DNA of 64,000 bases from an uncultured Mycoplasmatota bacterium (lineage in GTDB: Bacteria; Bacillota_I; Bacilli_A; RF39; UBA660), in NCBI GenBank assembly GCA_949287595.1, contig CASEGV010000001.1, positions 220,873 to 284,872 on the forward strand, given 5' to 3'. Shown piece after piece: positions 20,980 through 31,625 of the stretch (positions are counted from its first letter, which is position 1; each line of letters starts with the position of its first letter). A model generated the notes under the pieces. It made no database searches and was not told the origin of the DNA. It saw nothing but the letters and a program-made list of their open reading frames with translations. The position numbers were made by a program, and so were the translations under genes.

Positions 20980-22695
20980 TTATAAAATTATTTCTTTAAT
21001 TGGAGTAAGATCGAAACTACTTGGAGTTATCACTACTTTATCTTTTTCTAATAATACGTTCTTAGAGAAAGTTTGTTCCGGAAATATATTAATATTTAAT
21101 TTATTAGATTTTTCTATAAATGGTATAAATTTAGCTCCGAAAGATATATCACTTATATTTTCTCCAGATTCTTTTAATTTAAGTAATGATTTCTCTAAAT
21201 AATCAAATTCTTCTTGTTTCATTTCAGAATTACTTCTTCCGTGTTTAACTAATGGAAGAAGTACGTGATAGTGAATTTCTCCAGGATTATATGATTTTCG
21301 TATTTCAAAAAATTCATTAATACTTTGAATATCTGATATAATATGATGTATTGTAATTTTTATATCTCTTCCTAAAAGATTATTAACAGCTCTTAAAGAT
21401 TGATCTCTAAGTTTCTTATTACCAAAAGATATTGCAACAGCTTCACAATATTTTTCAGTAGCATTAATCATATCATCCCTTCTCTTTATTTCCTCTGGAT
21501 CATTACCATCGTATCCTAGTATTTTTCCAGAAGTAGTATAATTAGGTATAACTCCTGTTTCTCTTACAGTTCTTAAGAAATCTATGAATTGTGGATGCAA
21601 ATCGCTGGATCCTCCCGACGTTGAGGAAGTTATATTTCTATAACTAACAGAATACATTTTCATCTTACAATTAAATTTATCAAATTATAAGATGCCGCGC
21701 CCTTCAAAGTTTTATATTCTTTATAAAATATATAAAGTTTCATCCATACTCGTTACATTACTATAGCATATTACCTCTATAGTTAACACGGTATTACCAT
21801 GCTAATTTTAAATAGTTTAGGCTTCACCGTTAGCACTAATATTTAGTACCCTTAATAAGATTAAGTTGGCGCAGTTCCATTAATAGTATCACTACTATTA
21901 GGGGCTATTAATATAATTTTTTCTAATTTTATAATAAAATCTTTTATATTGAATTTATTGTTTTTGTGATTACAACTTTGTAATTTTCTTAATTCCGAAT
22001 TCAGTATCACTTGTACAAAATAATTTTATATACTTTGTTTCAAGTTCTCTTAAATCTTTTAAAAAATTATTATTTAAAGTTGTATCTATTGATTCAATTT
22101 CCTTAAATAAGAAATTTTCTTCTCCATATTTATTCCATGCATTTTGAAGGTGCTTGTTTATGTGAATTCCTTTTCTTAATTCTCTTTTATGTTCTTGAAG
22201 TCTCCGTTTAACATTTTTTGAGGAACCTATATACATTTTATTATTTATTATATTTAAAATCATATATATTCCCCAAACAAGAGACTTCTTTTTCTTTCCT
22301 CTTTTATTCATGTTTTATTATAAAATTTTAATATTATATTTTAATTAACCAATTGCAATTTGCAGAGGAGCATTAGTTACCTCTATATTACCTATCTTTC
22401 TACGGAACCAATTTTTACTCCATTTCTTCCAAGTTTCACAAATATCTTCGTAAAATATTCCACTATTTTTTGCAGAAGTATAACAGAAAGGACAGTTCTC
22501 AGGACAATATGTTCCTAAACTAATGTCATAAAATTCACTATTCTCTGGTGGTAATTCTATAAAATTTTTTCCATAATTTTTAAAATCAGCAAAAAATCTT
22601 ACAGTAATATTATTTTCCCAAAGCGCACTATAGTTATACTCTGGCATATATCTGTAAATTCTTCTATTCCTCTGATTCTTTGAGTATAGCTTCAT
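20980..22695 (-). CDS. radical SAM protein, spliced (exon1 22695-22348, exon2 21618-20980; 328 aa)
   Basis: CPENCPFC (CxxxCxxC) in exon1; joining gives QIAIG|SGGSSDLHPQF at the GGEP-equivalent motif, then PNYTTSG. Confidence 0.82.
21619..22347 (-). mobile_element. group I intron (729 nt) in radical SAM gene
   Basis: 5' exon ends in U (ggt) pairing with tagcc (U.G wobble); core aacggtgaagcc...aataccgtg, tgtaacgagta, gaaaatgtattct; ends ...caacG; splicing restores frame. Confidence 0.8.
21970..22311 (-). CDS. intron-encoded GIY-YIG homing endonuclease (short, probably truncated)
   Basis: WGIYMILNIINNKMYIGSSKNVKRRLQEH...NKHLQNAWNKYG; only 113 aa. Confidence 0.85.
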   Translation of the reverse strand: MNKRGKKKKSLVWGIYMILNIINNKMYIGSSKNVKRRLQEHKRELRKGIHINKHLQNAWNKYGEENFLFKEIESIDTTLNNNFLKDLRELETKYIKLFCTSDTEFGIKKITKL

Positions 22696-23167
22696 CTTTT
22701 ATTGTATTTAAACATTTTCCTAATAAATTTAATCCCCAAAGAGAAGTATTGAGTAGGTTAGGATGATTTTCTCCCATTCCAATACCCCAAATACTATCGT
22801 GTGGACTAGCTTCCGCAAAATCAACTTTACTACTTTTAGCAGCTAATATCATCTTTCTAAATTCAAGATTTTGTTTGAATTTAAGTCTTAGAGCAGTTAA
22901 CATTGCATTTTCTCTTTCTTTTTTCCACAATTCTTCAGAAAAATTCTTTACTTCTCTTCCTAATTTTTTTGCATCTCTAGGAGTTTTGCTTTTTAGAATT
23001 TTTTCAGCAGTTTCTGTATCTTTAAAATACATAGCTTTTAAATACATAAAATAATGTTCAGATGTAGGAACTGTTACGTTAATATCTGGTAACACTAATG
23101 GAGTCTCTGCCCAATTACTTAAAATACTTCCTCCCCAAAAAAATATATAATTTTTTGTAACTTTCAT
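22664..23167 (-). CDS. NADAR (YbiA-like) family protein
   Basis: LSNW, TSEHYFMYLKA.YFKD, AKKLGREVKNF, KFKQN, EASPHDSIWGIG, GLNLLGKCL. Confidence 0.9.
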   Translation of the reverse strand: MKVTKNYIFFWGGSILSNWAETPLVLPDINVTVPTSEHYFMYLKAMYFKDTETAEKILKSKTPRDAKKLGREVKNFSEELWKKERENAMLTALRLKFKQNLEFRKMILAAKSSKVDFAEASPHDSIWGIGMGENHPNLLNTSLWGLNLLGKCLNTIKDEAILKESEE

Positions 23168-23649
23168 AATACTTCCTCCAAATTATTAGTAATATCTTTT
23201 TTAGGAATTATTGATTTAGATACTAATTGCGGAATCATCTTATAATGATATGACAATTTACTATCAATACATTCATAATACAAAGATCCTTTAGGAATTA
23301 CGCATAATAATAAAGATGCTCCTCCTGTATTTTTTGGAAGACACGTCTTTAAAAACTCTATATAACTACTTTTAAAAGGTTCTTCCATTTTTGATAAATA
23401 TCTACTATCTATCGGATAACTGTAGATTCCTTCAGTAGTTTCTCTCTTAAATAAAGCATTAAATATACTTTTAATTCCAAAATTAATATCAGTTCGTTTA
23501 TTTAATTCGTATGAAGTATTAATTTCTTTCTTACCTTTTATACTCTTCATATACCAAGGATAGTATTTTACCTGTCCTTTAAGAGTTAATTTTAAGACAA
23601 CTATATCTCTATTAGCTCTTTTTGGTAATAAAGTTAATGTTGTACTCAT
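23164..23649 (-). CDS. hypothetical protein
   Basis: 161 aa; DIVVLK, EGIYSY, CVIPKGSLYY resemble a common Bacteroidetes-phage family. Confidence 0.7.
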   Translation of the reverse strand: MSTTLTLLPKRANRDIVVLKLTLKGQVKYYPWYMKSIKGKKEINTSYELNKRTDINFGIKSIFNALFKRETTEGIYSYPIDSRYLSKMEEPFKSSYIEFLKTCLPKNTGGASLLLCVIPKGSLYYECIDSKLSYHYKMIPQLVSKSIIPKKDITNNLEEVL

Positions 23650-24494
23650 AATTTTAATGTTTTATATATTGAATCTAATCTACGAATAGTTCCTTGACAG
23701 GATTTTAATAAACTCTCAGAATCTCTTAAAAGTTTTCTAGCAAACCTTAATTCTGTAGGTTCATTAATTGTATCTATTTTTGCTCCTTTCTTTTTTCCAT
23801 AGAACTTAATATATTCTTTGTCATAAGTATCTTTTTTCTCTTTAGATAGTTCTTCAAGATCCTTCAAAGAATTTTTAAGCTCTTCTATTCTTGATTTACA
23901 ATCACTTTCTAACTTATCATTTTCTTTAACCAAATTTTTAAACATTAATTTTAGAGGTTTTAATTCATCTAATAGTTTATTTATTTGGTAATTATGATTC
24001 TTGATTACTAGATCAAGAATTTCTTTTGGAGTTTTTGTTTTCTTAGACTCTAAGTGTTTTATGATAGTTTCTAAAGATTTGATCTCTTTTTCTTTAGCCT
24101 TTATAATATCATCAATTGTTAATCTAATAAAAACATGACTTCTATGACTAAGATACCCTCTCTTTTTCTTAACTACTATAGTATATACACACTTAGATGG
24201 AAATATATATTCATCAAATCCAAAATCAAAGTAATAAATTTTATTACCGTGACATACATTTATCTGGCCTTTGTGATTTTTCTCTATAAATCCAGTATAT
24301 GTACCATCTGGTAGAATCGTTATATTCTTAGATTCTAATCTTCCAGTAAGATCAGATTCGTCATCTACTTCTACATCTTCATCTAAGATTAACTCACTTT
24401 CATGTTCTTTAACTAACATTTCTAATTCTTGATCTTTCTTCTCTTTAATTTCCTGATAACGATTTTTATCAGAATCTTTTTTAGTTGTTCTCAT
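23646..24494 (-). CDS. hypothetical coiled-coil protein
   Basis: 282 aa, K/E/L-rich C-terminus. Confidence 0.7.
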   Translation of the reverse strand: MRTTKKDSDKNRYQEIKEKKDQELEMLVKEHESELILDEDVEVDDESDLTGRLESKNITILPDGTYTGFIEKNHKGQINVCHGNKIYYFDFGFDEYIFPSKCVYTIVVKKKRGYLSHRSHVFIRLTIDDIIKAKEKEIKSLETIIKHLESKKTKTPKEILDLVIKNHNYQINKLLDELKPLKLMFKNLVKENDKLESDCKSRIEELKNSLKDLEELSKEKKDTYDKEYIKFYGKKKGAKIDTINEPTELRFARKLLRDSESLLKSCQGTIRRLDSIYKTLKL

Positions 24495-24596
24495 TTTATT
24501 AAATTTAATTTGATTATTAAAAATATTTTAAATCATTTATAAGGTTTTAGGGCAAATAAAAAAGTAAGGAAATTACTTCCTTACTTTCTAAATTAT

Positions 24597-25289
24597 TTAT
24601 CTAATATTAGGCGTAATTGGACCGTCCATTAACAAAGTCCAAGCCCATCCATCAATAATAGTTATTGTTTTAGGTATATTAATTTGTGGAATACCTTTAA
24701 GAAATGTAAAATTATAAACTTTGTCCAAATAAGTTATCATTCCTATATGTCCTCCAAATTTTCCTTCATATATACCATCAGGAACTTCTGTAAATCTGTT
24801 AGTTGATCTAGTTTGGAGAGTAACGTCATATTCTTTCACAACTCTTCCAGGTAATGGTATTTCAAGATATCTTAATACTTCCTCTTCATTAATTCTATCA
24901 GTATCACAGTCACAACATAGTTCTAATATCCATTTTTTTCGATTAATATTATACCTAGCAAATACATAATTAACTAGTTTATATTGATATGGACCATACA
25001 TTTTTACTACACATAAGCATAATCTAGAATTACCATTTTCATCTACTTTCGGTAATCCATCAATTTTCGGATTTCTAAATTGTTCTACCATCCAAGTATC
25101 ATAGTCTTCTCTACTTCTTTGGAAATCTTCTCCTTTTCGATATCCTTCAGAATAAGAGATATTTGATAATTCTACAGCATCTTCATATTTTATTAAATCG
25201 GATACTTTAGGATCATGTTCACTTGACAATAAGTCGTTTATATTAGTAAGATGCTCTCCCAAAAATTTTTCACCACTTTTACTATTCAT
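24597..25289 (-). CDS. hypothetical protein
   Basis: 230 aa ORF. Confidence 0.7.
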   Translation of the reverse strand: MNSKSGEKFLGEHLTNINDLLSSEHDPKVSDLIKYEDAVELSNISYSEGYRKGEDFQRSREDYDTWMVEQFRNPKIDGLPKVDENGNSRLCLCVVKMYGPYQYKLVNYVFARYNINRKKWILELCCDCDTDRINEEEVLRYLEIPLPGRVVKEYDVTLQTRSTNRFTEVPDGIYEGKFGGHIGMITYLDKVYNFTFLKGIPQINIPKTITIIDGWAWTLLMDGPITPNIR

Positions 25290-25551
25290 TCTCTAAATTA
25301 TTTATTAAATTTATTAATTCTTCACTATTATTACTCTTTTTAATAAGTTTTTCTTTAAATTCATTTAGCGCAAACTCTATAATATCTTTGCAAGAATCTT
25401 TACTAATTACTTCACTGTAAGATGCTCCTCCTCCATCCCACCAACTATCATTATACACTATAAATCCTACTTTCTCAATAAAATTATTAACTTCTTTACT
25501 AATCATATTATTTATAATTAAAGTTATACATTTATAAGGGTTTCCAGGCAA
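25282..25551 (-). CDS. hypothetical protein (true start probably MISKEV at 25506)
   Basis: promoter motif at ~25527-25538 lies inside the annotated 5' part. Confidence 0.6.
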   Translation of the reverse strand: MPGNPYKCITLIINNMISKEVNNFIEKVGFIVYNDSWWDGGGASYSEVISKDSCKDIIEFALNEFKEKLIKKSNNSEELINLINNLENE

Positions 25552-25598
25552 TATTCCTCCAAAGCCTTATAAATGTAATATATAAAATTTAAAATAGT

Positions 25599-25943
25599 AT
25601 GATACAATTATTAATTTATGCAGCTGGGGCTATAGGCCTAGCTAAAGCTATTTACGATACATGTAGCGAAGAAAGAGAAGCTACTAGTATGAAGAAAGAA
25701 CAAGAGAAAGTACTGCTTCCTATTATTGAAAAAGTAAAAATATTTAAAGAACATTTTCTAGAAATAGGAGCAGAAGAACAAGTAAGGGAGTGCGATGAAC
25801 TATTAAAAGATATAAATACGAAAGATAAAAATGGAGGATTTACTACTAAGTTAGCACTCTCAGAAGAAAAATTTGCAAATGTAGTTGTAAGATTTAAAAA
25901 ATTATCAAATTATGACAACTACACTAAATGTTATTCAAATTAA
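25599..25943 (+). CDS. hypothetical protein with N-terminal hydrophobic segment
   Basis: 114 aa; own promoter motif (25566) and terminator hairpin (~25944-25968). Confidence 0.7.
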   Translation: MIQLLIYAAGAIGLAKAIYDTCSEEREATSMKKEQEKVLLPIIEKVKIFKEHFLEIGAEEQVRECDELLKDINTKDKNGGFTTKLALSEEKFANVVVRFKKLSNYDNYTKCYSN

Positions 25944-25967
25944 AAGTAGAGAATTATTTCTCTACTT

Positions 25968-27152
25968 TTATTTTTCTTCTTCTTTAGCTTCATCGTATAA
26001 TCTAACAGCTAAAGATAATGCTACTCCATATAATAATACATTAATTAACATTAATGTCTGATATGAACTCTCTGGAAGTCCAACCATTATATTAGCCATT
26101 TGATTTCCACATAACCCAGCTAGAGCAGTTGAAGATAAGATTAATCCAAAAACTTCAGATATATCTTCAATTCCATATCTTCTATACAATATTATAGGCA
26201 TAGTGCTGAACATAGCTCCATATCCAGCATTACATATCAACACAGCAATAGGAATGAAGCCAGAGAAAGCAAATGCCATTAAGCATGATATAAAAGATAC
26301 ACTTAATATTAAATTGAGTAATTTTTCTTCATGTTTAAAAGAGTCACTCCACCATGCTAGTGAAAAACGTCCTAACGAATTAAATATTGCTGCTAATACT
26401 GCCCCCGTGATAATTCCAATCTCTGCAGCATTAAAGAAAAATCTTTCATAACTAATTATAGCCAATCCTGATGTAGTATTTAAAAAGAATATCATCCATA
26501 TAGTTCCAAGTCCAGGAAGTAAAAATAACTCTTTTCTATGTTTCCACCACACTTTTAGTCTTTTATAAGATAATTTTTCATGCTTTTCTTCTTTACTTGA
26601 TTTTCTTATTAAACAAGATGCTAAAAGTATTAAAACAAAATAGAAAACTCCTGCATTTATAAGAGTACTAGATATTCCATAATTATCAATACTAAACTGT
26701 AGAATAGGTGAAGCGATTAATTTTGCTAATCCAAATCCTGTTAATGCTAAACCAATTGCTAATCCCATATGACTCTTAAACCACATCATTAGACTTTTTA
26801 TAGGACATAAGTATCCTACACCAATTCCAATACCCATAAGTACTCCGTATCCTAAAAGGAATAGCGAACTGTTATTATATTCACATGCAAATCCGGATAA
26901 TATCAATCCTCCACCAAAAAGTATAGCTGTAATTAATGTTGATAATTTTACATTTCTTTTCACTAATGGTCCTAGTATCGCTGATGATAATCCTAAGAAA
27001 AATATAGATAGTGAAAATGCCCAAGTAATATTTCCATCTATATATGGACTAATATAATCATATAATAAAGACCAACAATATATAGATCCTATACTACAAT
27101 AAATTAATAGTGCTGGTATTGCACTATATTTAAATTCATCTTTAAGTTTCAT
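25968..27152 (-). CDS. MFS transporter, OFA (oxalate:formate antiporter)-like
   Basis: about 12 hydrophobic segments; GSIYCWS, YGVLMGIGIGVGY..P, WF..HMGLAIGLALTGFG, FNSLGRF. Confidence 0.85.
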   Translation of the reverse strand: MKLKDEFKYSAIPALLIYCSIGSIYCWSLLYDYISPYIDGNITWAFSLSIFFLGLSSAILGPLVKRNVKLSTLITAILFGGGLILSGFACEYNNSSLFLLGYGVLMGIGIGVGYLCPIKSLMMWFKSHMGLAIGLALTGFGLAKLIASPILQFSIDNYGISSTLINAGVFYFVLILLASCLIRKSSKEEKHEKLSYKRLKVWWKHRKELFLLPGLGTIWMIFFLNTTSGLAIISYERFFFNAAEIGIITGAVLAAIFNSLGRFSLAWWSDSFKHEEKLLNLILSVSFISCLMAFAFSGFIPIAVLICNAGYGAMFSTMPIILYRRYGIEDISEVFGLILSSTALAGLCGNQMANIMVGLPESSYQTLMLINVLLYGVALSLAVRLYDEAKEEEK

Positions 27153-27212
27153 ATTACAAAAATTAAAAAGAATACTATAAGGTTTATTTACCTCATAGTA
27201 TTCTTATATTAT

Positions 27213-27695
27213 TTATTTCTTCTTATATTTATACAGAATACAATCTTTACCACATTCCATTATACATTGGGAATTACAAAATTTATTCAGATCCTCTATA
27301 CCATTGCTATTATCTTTTTTCTCAACGTCTAATGGTATAAGATCACATCCTCTTATATACCTAACTCTAAAATCTTGTACAACAGACTCTGAATTATTTT
27401 TAACATTATTTTTAGTAACTATTAAAAATAACTGTCTTCTCGGATCTACTAAAGAACTAGATACTTTAATTACATTATCTCTTTCTACAAGACTTATAGG
27501 TCCTACTACAAAACCAAATTCTCTATCACGAACATCAAACACTAATTTTCCAGTTTCTAAAGATTCAGAAATTCCTATATTAGAAAACATATTATCTCTT
27601 TGTGTCATACAAGATCTTATTTCGGGTATAAGATCATTGTAACTATTTACATCCATAGATCTACAAATGTATTTCAGTAAATCTTCCGTAATCAT
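27213..27695 (-). CDS. hypothetical protein with C-terminal Cys4 motif
   Basis: FCNSQCIMECGKDCIL. Confidence 0.75.
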   Translation of the reverse strand: MITEDLLKYICRSMDVNSYNDLIPEIRSCMTQRDNMFSNIGISESLETGKLVFDVRDREFGFVVGPISLVERDNVIKVSSSLVDPRRQLFLIVTKNNVKNNSESVVQDFRVRYIRGCDLIPLDVEKKDNSNGIEDLNKFCNSQCIMECGKDCILYKYKKK

Positions 27696-27700
27696 AGATT

Positions 27701-28468
27701 TTATAATTTTGTCAATAAATTAACTATTTCTTCTGTATCTTTACCAAACATTATCCAAATAAGATTAGGAATATTAGAGCAAGATTTTAAGTATTCCCAA
27801 TTTTTCTTTATATTATATATTAAATTTGTAATAGCATCTTTTATTGAAAAATCTTTATAATAAGCTACAATAAATTTTGTTAATATAATATCCCTCTTTA
27901 TTGTATCTGAGTTACCTTTATCAAATAGTGGATAGATATTTTCTTTAAAAAATTTTTCGGAAAATAAACTATCTACTTTATCACCAGTAAACCTATTAAT
28001 ATTTTGAAATACACTAGATAATATTAACTCTAGATTATCTTTTCCAGTAATTTTAATCACTTCTAGAAAATAATTTACTATCCTTGTAATTTCTTCATTT
28101 TCAGGATTATTATTTTCTTCGTTAATTATTGATGAATTACTAAATGGTGATTTTTTAGTAGATACAATCTCATTAAAAAGATCAGGGATTGGATTTGCAA
28201 ATGATACAGTTTCTAGTTTTTTACAATCATTATCATGATTACATTTATCACAAGAAGATTTCTCTATCTCATTATCGTCTTCATTGTAAAAATCCCAATC
28301 ATATATTTCACTAGACTTAGCTAAATATTCATAATTAGATTTTGTATCTTCTATTTCAGCTATAAAAGTTTGGGTTGTATTCTCATCAAACTCTTTACTA
28401 AATTTTAAATTTTTTAGAACTTTTTCTAAGTCTTTTGTCTTTACTGTTAATTTTATTTTACGATACAT
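27701..28468 (-). CDS. hypothetical protein
   Basis: 255 aa ORF. Confidence 0.7.
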   Translation of the reverse strand: MYRKIKLTVKTKDLEKVLKNLKFSKEFDENTTQTFIAEIEDTKSNYEYLAKSSEIYDWDFYNEDDNEIEKSSCDKCNHDNDCKKLETVSFANPIPDLFNEIVSTKKSPFSNSSIINEENNNPENEEITRIVNYFLEVIKITGKDNLELILSSVFQNINRFTGDKVDSLFSEKFFKENIYPLFDKGNSDTIKRDIILTKFIVAYYKDFSIKDAITNLIYNIKKNWEYLKSCSNIPNLIWIMFGKDTEEIVNLLTKL

Positions 28469-29676
28469 GGATTAAAAGGTTTAGTGTTAGTATTTAAATA
28501 AACTATCTGTGTTTCATCTTCTGGATCTAAATTAACAACAGAATTATATTTCAAAAATTCAACTTTAGAAGGATATTTACAATGTGCATGGATAGAATAA
28601 TACTCTGACTTCCAAGAATATCTTCTAGAAAAAGTCTTATCATACTCATCCATATCTCTATTTCCATATATTGCATTACCTATAAATTTTGGGCTCAATT
28701 GTTCCAATCCTCTTATACCTCCATGAGTACAGATATAAGTTAAATCATTTGTTTTTATGACATAATAAGGAACAAGCTTTTCATTCATAGTTTTTATATA
28801 ATTCCAACAAGTACTGGAATCTAATATCTCAAATTCCTTAGCTGTAGTACATAAAAATTCATCTGGAAGTGTTTCCCAAATAATTTTTGCAGCCTCTTGT
28901 CTTTGTTTACTAGAAGATTGAGAAATCCATCTACAATAAAGATATTTTCTTAATCTTCTTTCATGATTTCCTTCTAAACAAATATTATATCCTCCAGTTT
29001 TATATAAAACATAATCCATCATTAATTTAGAACCGCCAATTTTAGGACCATCTATGTAATCACCTAAAAATACTTTATATTCTTGAACAGGAATTTTAGA
29101 ATTTAATTGACAAAATAAATCATAGTTAGAATGTATATCAGAAAAGAAATGTATATTAGAATTACTGCAATCAGTTAAATTCAATACATACTTATTATCC
29201 CAAAATTTAATAATATCCTCATAATTATCAATAATATTAGTTTGAGATAATTGAAGATTTAGGAAAGACTCAACATCTTTTTGTAAATCTTCTCTTTTCT
29301 TTTTCTTAAATCCATCTATACTATATTTCCCGGGATTTCCTATATAATCTTGTGGTATTGGAAATATTTTATTAAATACCGTATAACCATATACAGTAGA
29401 TAAGGTTTCTATAGTACTTGTCCCTATTAAATTTAAGTCTATTACTACTAAACATCCAGATTCTAATCTATTTATTACAGCTCTTAAGAATTCTTTAAAT
29501 ACTTTACTAGTATCTGATCTGCCTAAAATACACTCTTCTTTAGAATTTCCTTCAGGTATAGAGTATAATCTACTAAAAGTATCGTAATCTATGAAAAAAT
29601 TTTGCAAATTTTCACTTATTACCCAATTTTTCTTCTGATTTTTATCTAATCCTCTAAGTAATATTAATGATTTCAT
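28453..29676 (-). CDS. Pnkp-like protein: degenerate P-loop kinase domain plus calcineurin-like metallophosphoesterase
   Basis: SDIHSN, FLGDYIDGP, LEGNHE, THGG; N-terminal LILLRGLDKNQKK occupies Walker A position but is non-canonical. Confidence 0.75.
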   Translation of the reverse strand: MKSLILLRGLDKNQKKNWVISENLQNFFIDYDTFSRLYSIPEGNSKEECILGRSDTSKVFKEFLRAVINRLESGCLVVIDLNLIGTSTIETLSTVYGYTVFNKIFPIPQDYIGNPGKYSIDGFKKKKREDLQKDVESFLNLQLSQTNIIDNYEDIIKFWDNKYVLNLTDCSNSNIHFFSDIHSNYDLFCQLNSKIPVQEYKVFLGDYIDGPKIGGSKLMMDYVLYKTGGYNICLEGNHERRLRKYLYCRWISQSSSKQRQEAAKIIWETLPDEFLCTTAKEFEILDSSTCWNYIKTMNEKLVPYYVIKTNDLTYICTHGGIRGLEQLSPKFIGNAIYGNRDMDEYDKTFSRRYSWKSEYYSIHAHCKYPSKVEFLKYNSVVNLDPEDETQIVYLNTNTKPFNPCIVK

Positions 29677-29686
29677 AAATAAATTC

Positions 29687-30259
29687 TTATTCTGGAAGTT
29701 GATATCTCATTATTTCTTGAAATTTTGGAGTAAATGCCATCATCTGAGATAAAACAGATAATACACTTCCTACTTTTCCAGGTAATAGTGGAACATTATG
29801 TTGTCTACAAGCTGAATATACTGTAGAATAATTTATATATTCTTCTGGACATCTAACTACTAATTTTCCACTAGCACAACAATATCCAAATAAAAACATT
29901 GGAAGAGTTGCAGTAGATCTTTTCAAAAAATTTAAAAATATACAATCAGATGCCGCCAGAGATGAATATATCCAATCCAATTTCCCCATAAATTCAGGAT
30001 TTAATACATTTGGAACTGGATTTTTCGGAACTACAAAACTATTCATTATAACAAAATTTAACCCTTGATACTGAATTAGTCCTTTTTGTGGATCAGTTAT
30101 CTCAGTTAATCCTTTTATAAATTTATCAGCCCAATCAAATTTTCTATCATCCCTTGTATCTATACTTCCACCGAGAAATAATTTAATAGAATTCTCGGTT
30201 CCCTCAGGAATAATCTCCCCAGGATAAATTACTATAATATTATTACTTACTTGTTGCAT
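29687..30259 (-). CDS. nucleoside 2-deoxyribosyltransferase-like protein
   Basis: KLFLGGSID...W, DW..LAASDCIF.NF, KLVVRCPEEY. Confidence 0.6.
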   Translation of the reverse strand: MQQVSNNIIVIYPGEIIPEGTENSIKLFLGGSIDTRDDRKFDWADKFIKGLTEITDPQKGLIQYQGLNFVIMNSFVVPKNPVPNVLNPEFMGKLDWIYSSLAASDCIFLNFLKRSTATLPMFLFGYCCASGKLVVRCPEEYINYSTVYSACRQHNVPLLPGKVGSVLSVLSQMMAFTPKFQEIMRYQLPE

Positions 30260-30271
30260 TTTGTAATTTAT

Positions 30272-30967
30272 TTAAATCCACTCAGTCTTTTTATACAATG
30301 GTTCTACTAATTTTCTTAAATCTTCTATTTTATCATCTAGTATTAGTAAAACAGCTTCTGCCCACAAATCACTCATATATTCAGCAATAACCTGAGTAAA
30401 ACAGTATTTTGGAGATTCTTTTGAATTACTAAAATCTAGATACTCTTGATAATCTTTTATAATACAGAAATTTCTTTTGTTTTTAACAGCCTCTTTTACA
30501 TCTTCTTTAAGATCTTCAATTGGATATCCAAACATTGGAAGAAATTCTGTAGTTTTTAGAGTTTTTCTTAATGCAGCATTACAGAATCTATTAATAGAAT
30601 CATTTAAAATTTCCATACTTAATGGATTCATTGATACTGCCATTTTTTGTTCATCCATTTTCATTATTTGTGAATCTACTGGAAGTGGAAAAGATATTAT
30701 AGCTGTATTTTTTCCAGTCTTCTCTACTCTAAGTTGATCCTCTGTTAAATCTAATCGTTTACTACTATTTTTAATCATTCCAGAAAAATTTGGAAAGTAA
30801 TTATTTAACAAATTAGAAGTAACGATTAATTGAATTCTTTTTTCATTAGGATCAAATGAATTTCGTATTTCCATATTACAAGAATTTAAAAATTTCAAAA
30901 ATAAATTATTAATTTTCAACAAATATAAGGGAATTGGCTTATTTTTCTTGCCAAAATAAATTAACAT
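30272..30967 (-). CDS. hypothetical protein (start probably MEIRNS at 30874)
   Basis: long ORF in operon. Confidence 0.7.
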   Translation of the reverse strand: MLIYFGKKNKPIPLYLLKINNLFLKFLNSCNMEIRNSFDPNEKRIQLIVTSNLLNNYFPNFSGMIKNSSKRLDLTEDQLRVEKTGKNTAIISFPLPVDSQIMKMDEQKMAVSMNPLSMEILNDSINRFCNAALRKTLKTTEFLPMFGYPIEDLKEDVKEAVKNKRNFCIIKDYQEYLDFSNSKESPKYCFTQVIAEYMSDLWAEAVLLILDDKIEDLRKLVEPLYKKTEWI

Positions 30968-31553
30968 TATCGTTATTTATTTTATTCCTTATATCTTTCT
31001 GAAAATCAAAAATAACTGGACTCTCTATTGGTTCTAGTGTTCTAAGAAATTTAGTAAAATCTTTAAATTTTCCTTTTTGAATATCTGGTTTTTCTAAATT
31101 TGATATTCTATATGTAAAAATTCCTAGAGACTCATTATACTTATCTCTAATAGAATCGTATTGAGATGAGTGATAATCACTATCTAATTCTAATGCTACT
31201 CCTATACCACCAGACCATTTAAGATTAGCAAAGAAATAATCTAATAAGTAAAATGATCCAGTTTGATTATTTAACCTTCCAGAATTTTGTATAATTATAG
31301 GATATTCCCTATACACTATCAATGGATCAAAATATCCAATATTTAATAACATATCCATCATTTTAGCCTGAAGACTTCTTTTCACTAATTGTTTTCTTCT
31401 GGTATATTTTTTAGAACTTCTTGAATTAGGATATAATATAGTCTTTATATTAAATATTCTATTAGATTCTGAAATAGCATATACAGGGATAGGTTGATAT
31501 GGAATATCATTAAAGAAAAAAGTCTCTAAATAATTTATCTCTTTTTTATTCAT
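30939..31553 (-). CDS. DUF559/Vsr-like PD-(D/E)xK endonuclease family protein
   Basis: REYPII, FYLLDYFF, ALELDSDYH, DSIRDKY..SLGI.TYRI. Confidence 0.6.
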   Translation of the reverse strand: MNKKEINYLETFFFNDIPYQPIPVYAISESNRIFNIKTILYPNSRSSKKYTRRKQLVKRSLQAKMMDMLLNIGYFDPLIVYREYPIIIQNSGRLNNQTGSFYLLDYFFANLKWSGGIGVALELDSDYHSSQYDSIRDKYNESLGIFTYRISNLEKPDIQKGKFKDFTKFLRTLEPIESPVIFDFQKDIRNKINNDNVNLFWQEK

Positions 31554-31625
31554 AGAATAATCTAAAAGAATACTGAGGAAACTAGGGATATTTCTTCTCT
31601 AATTTTCCTCAGTATATATTAAAAA

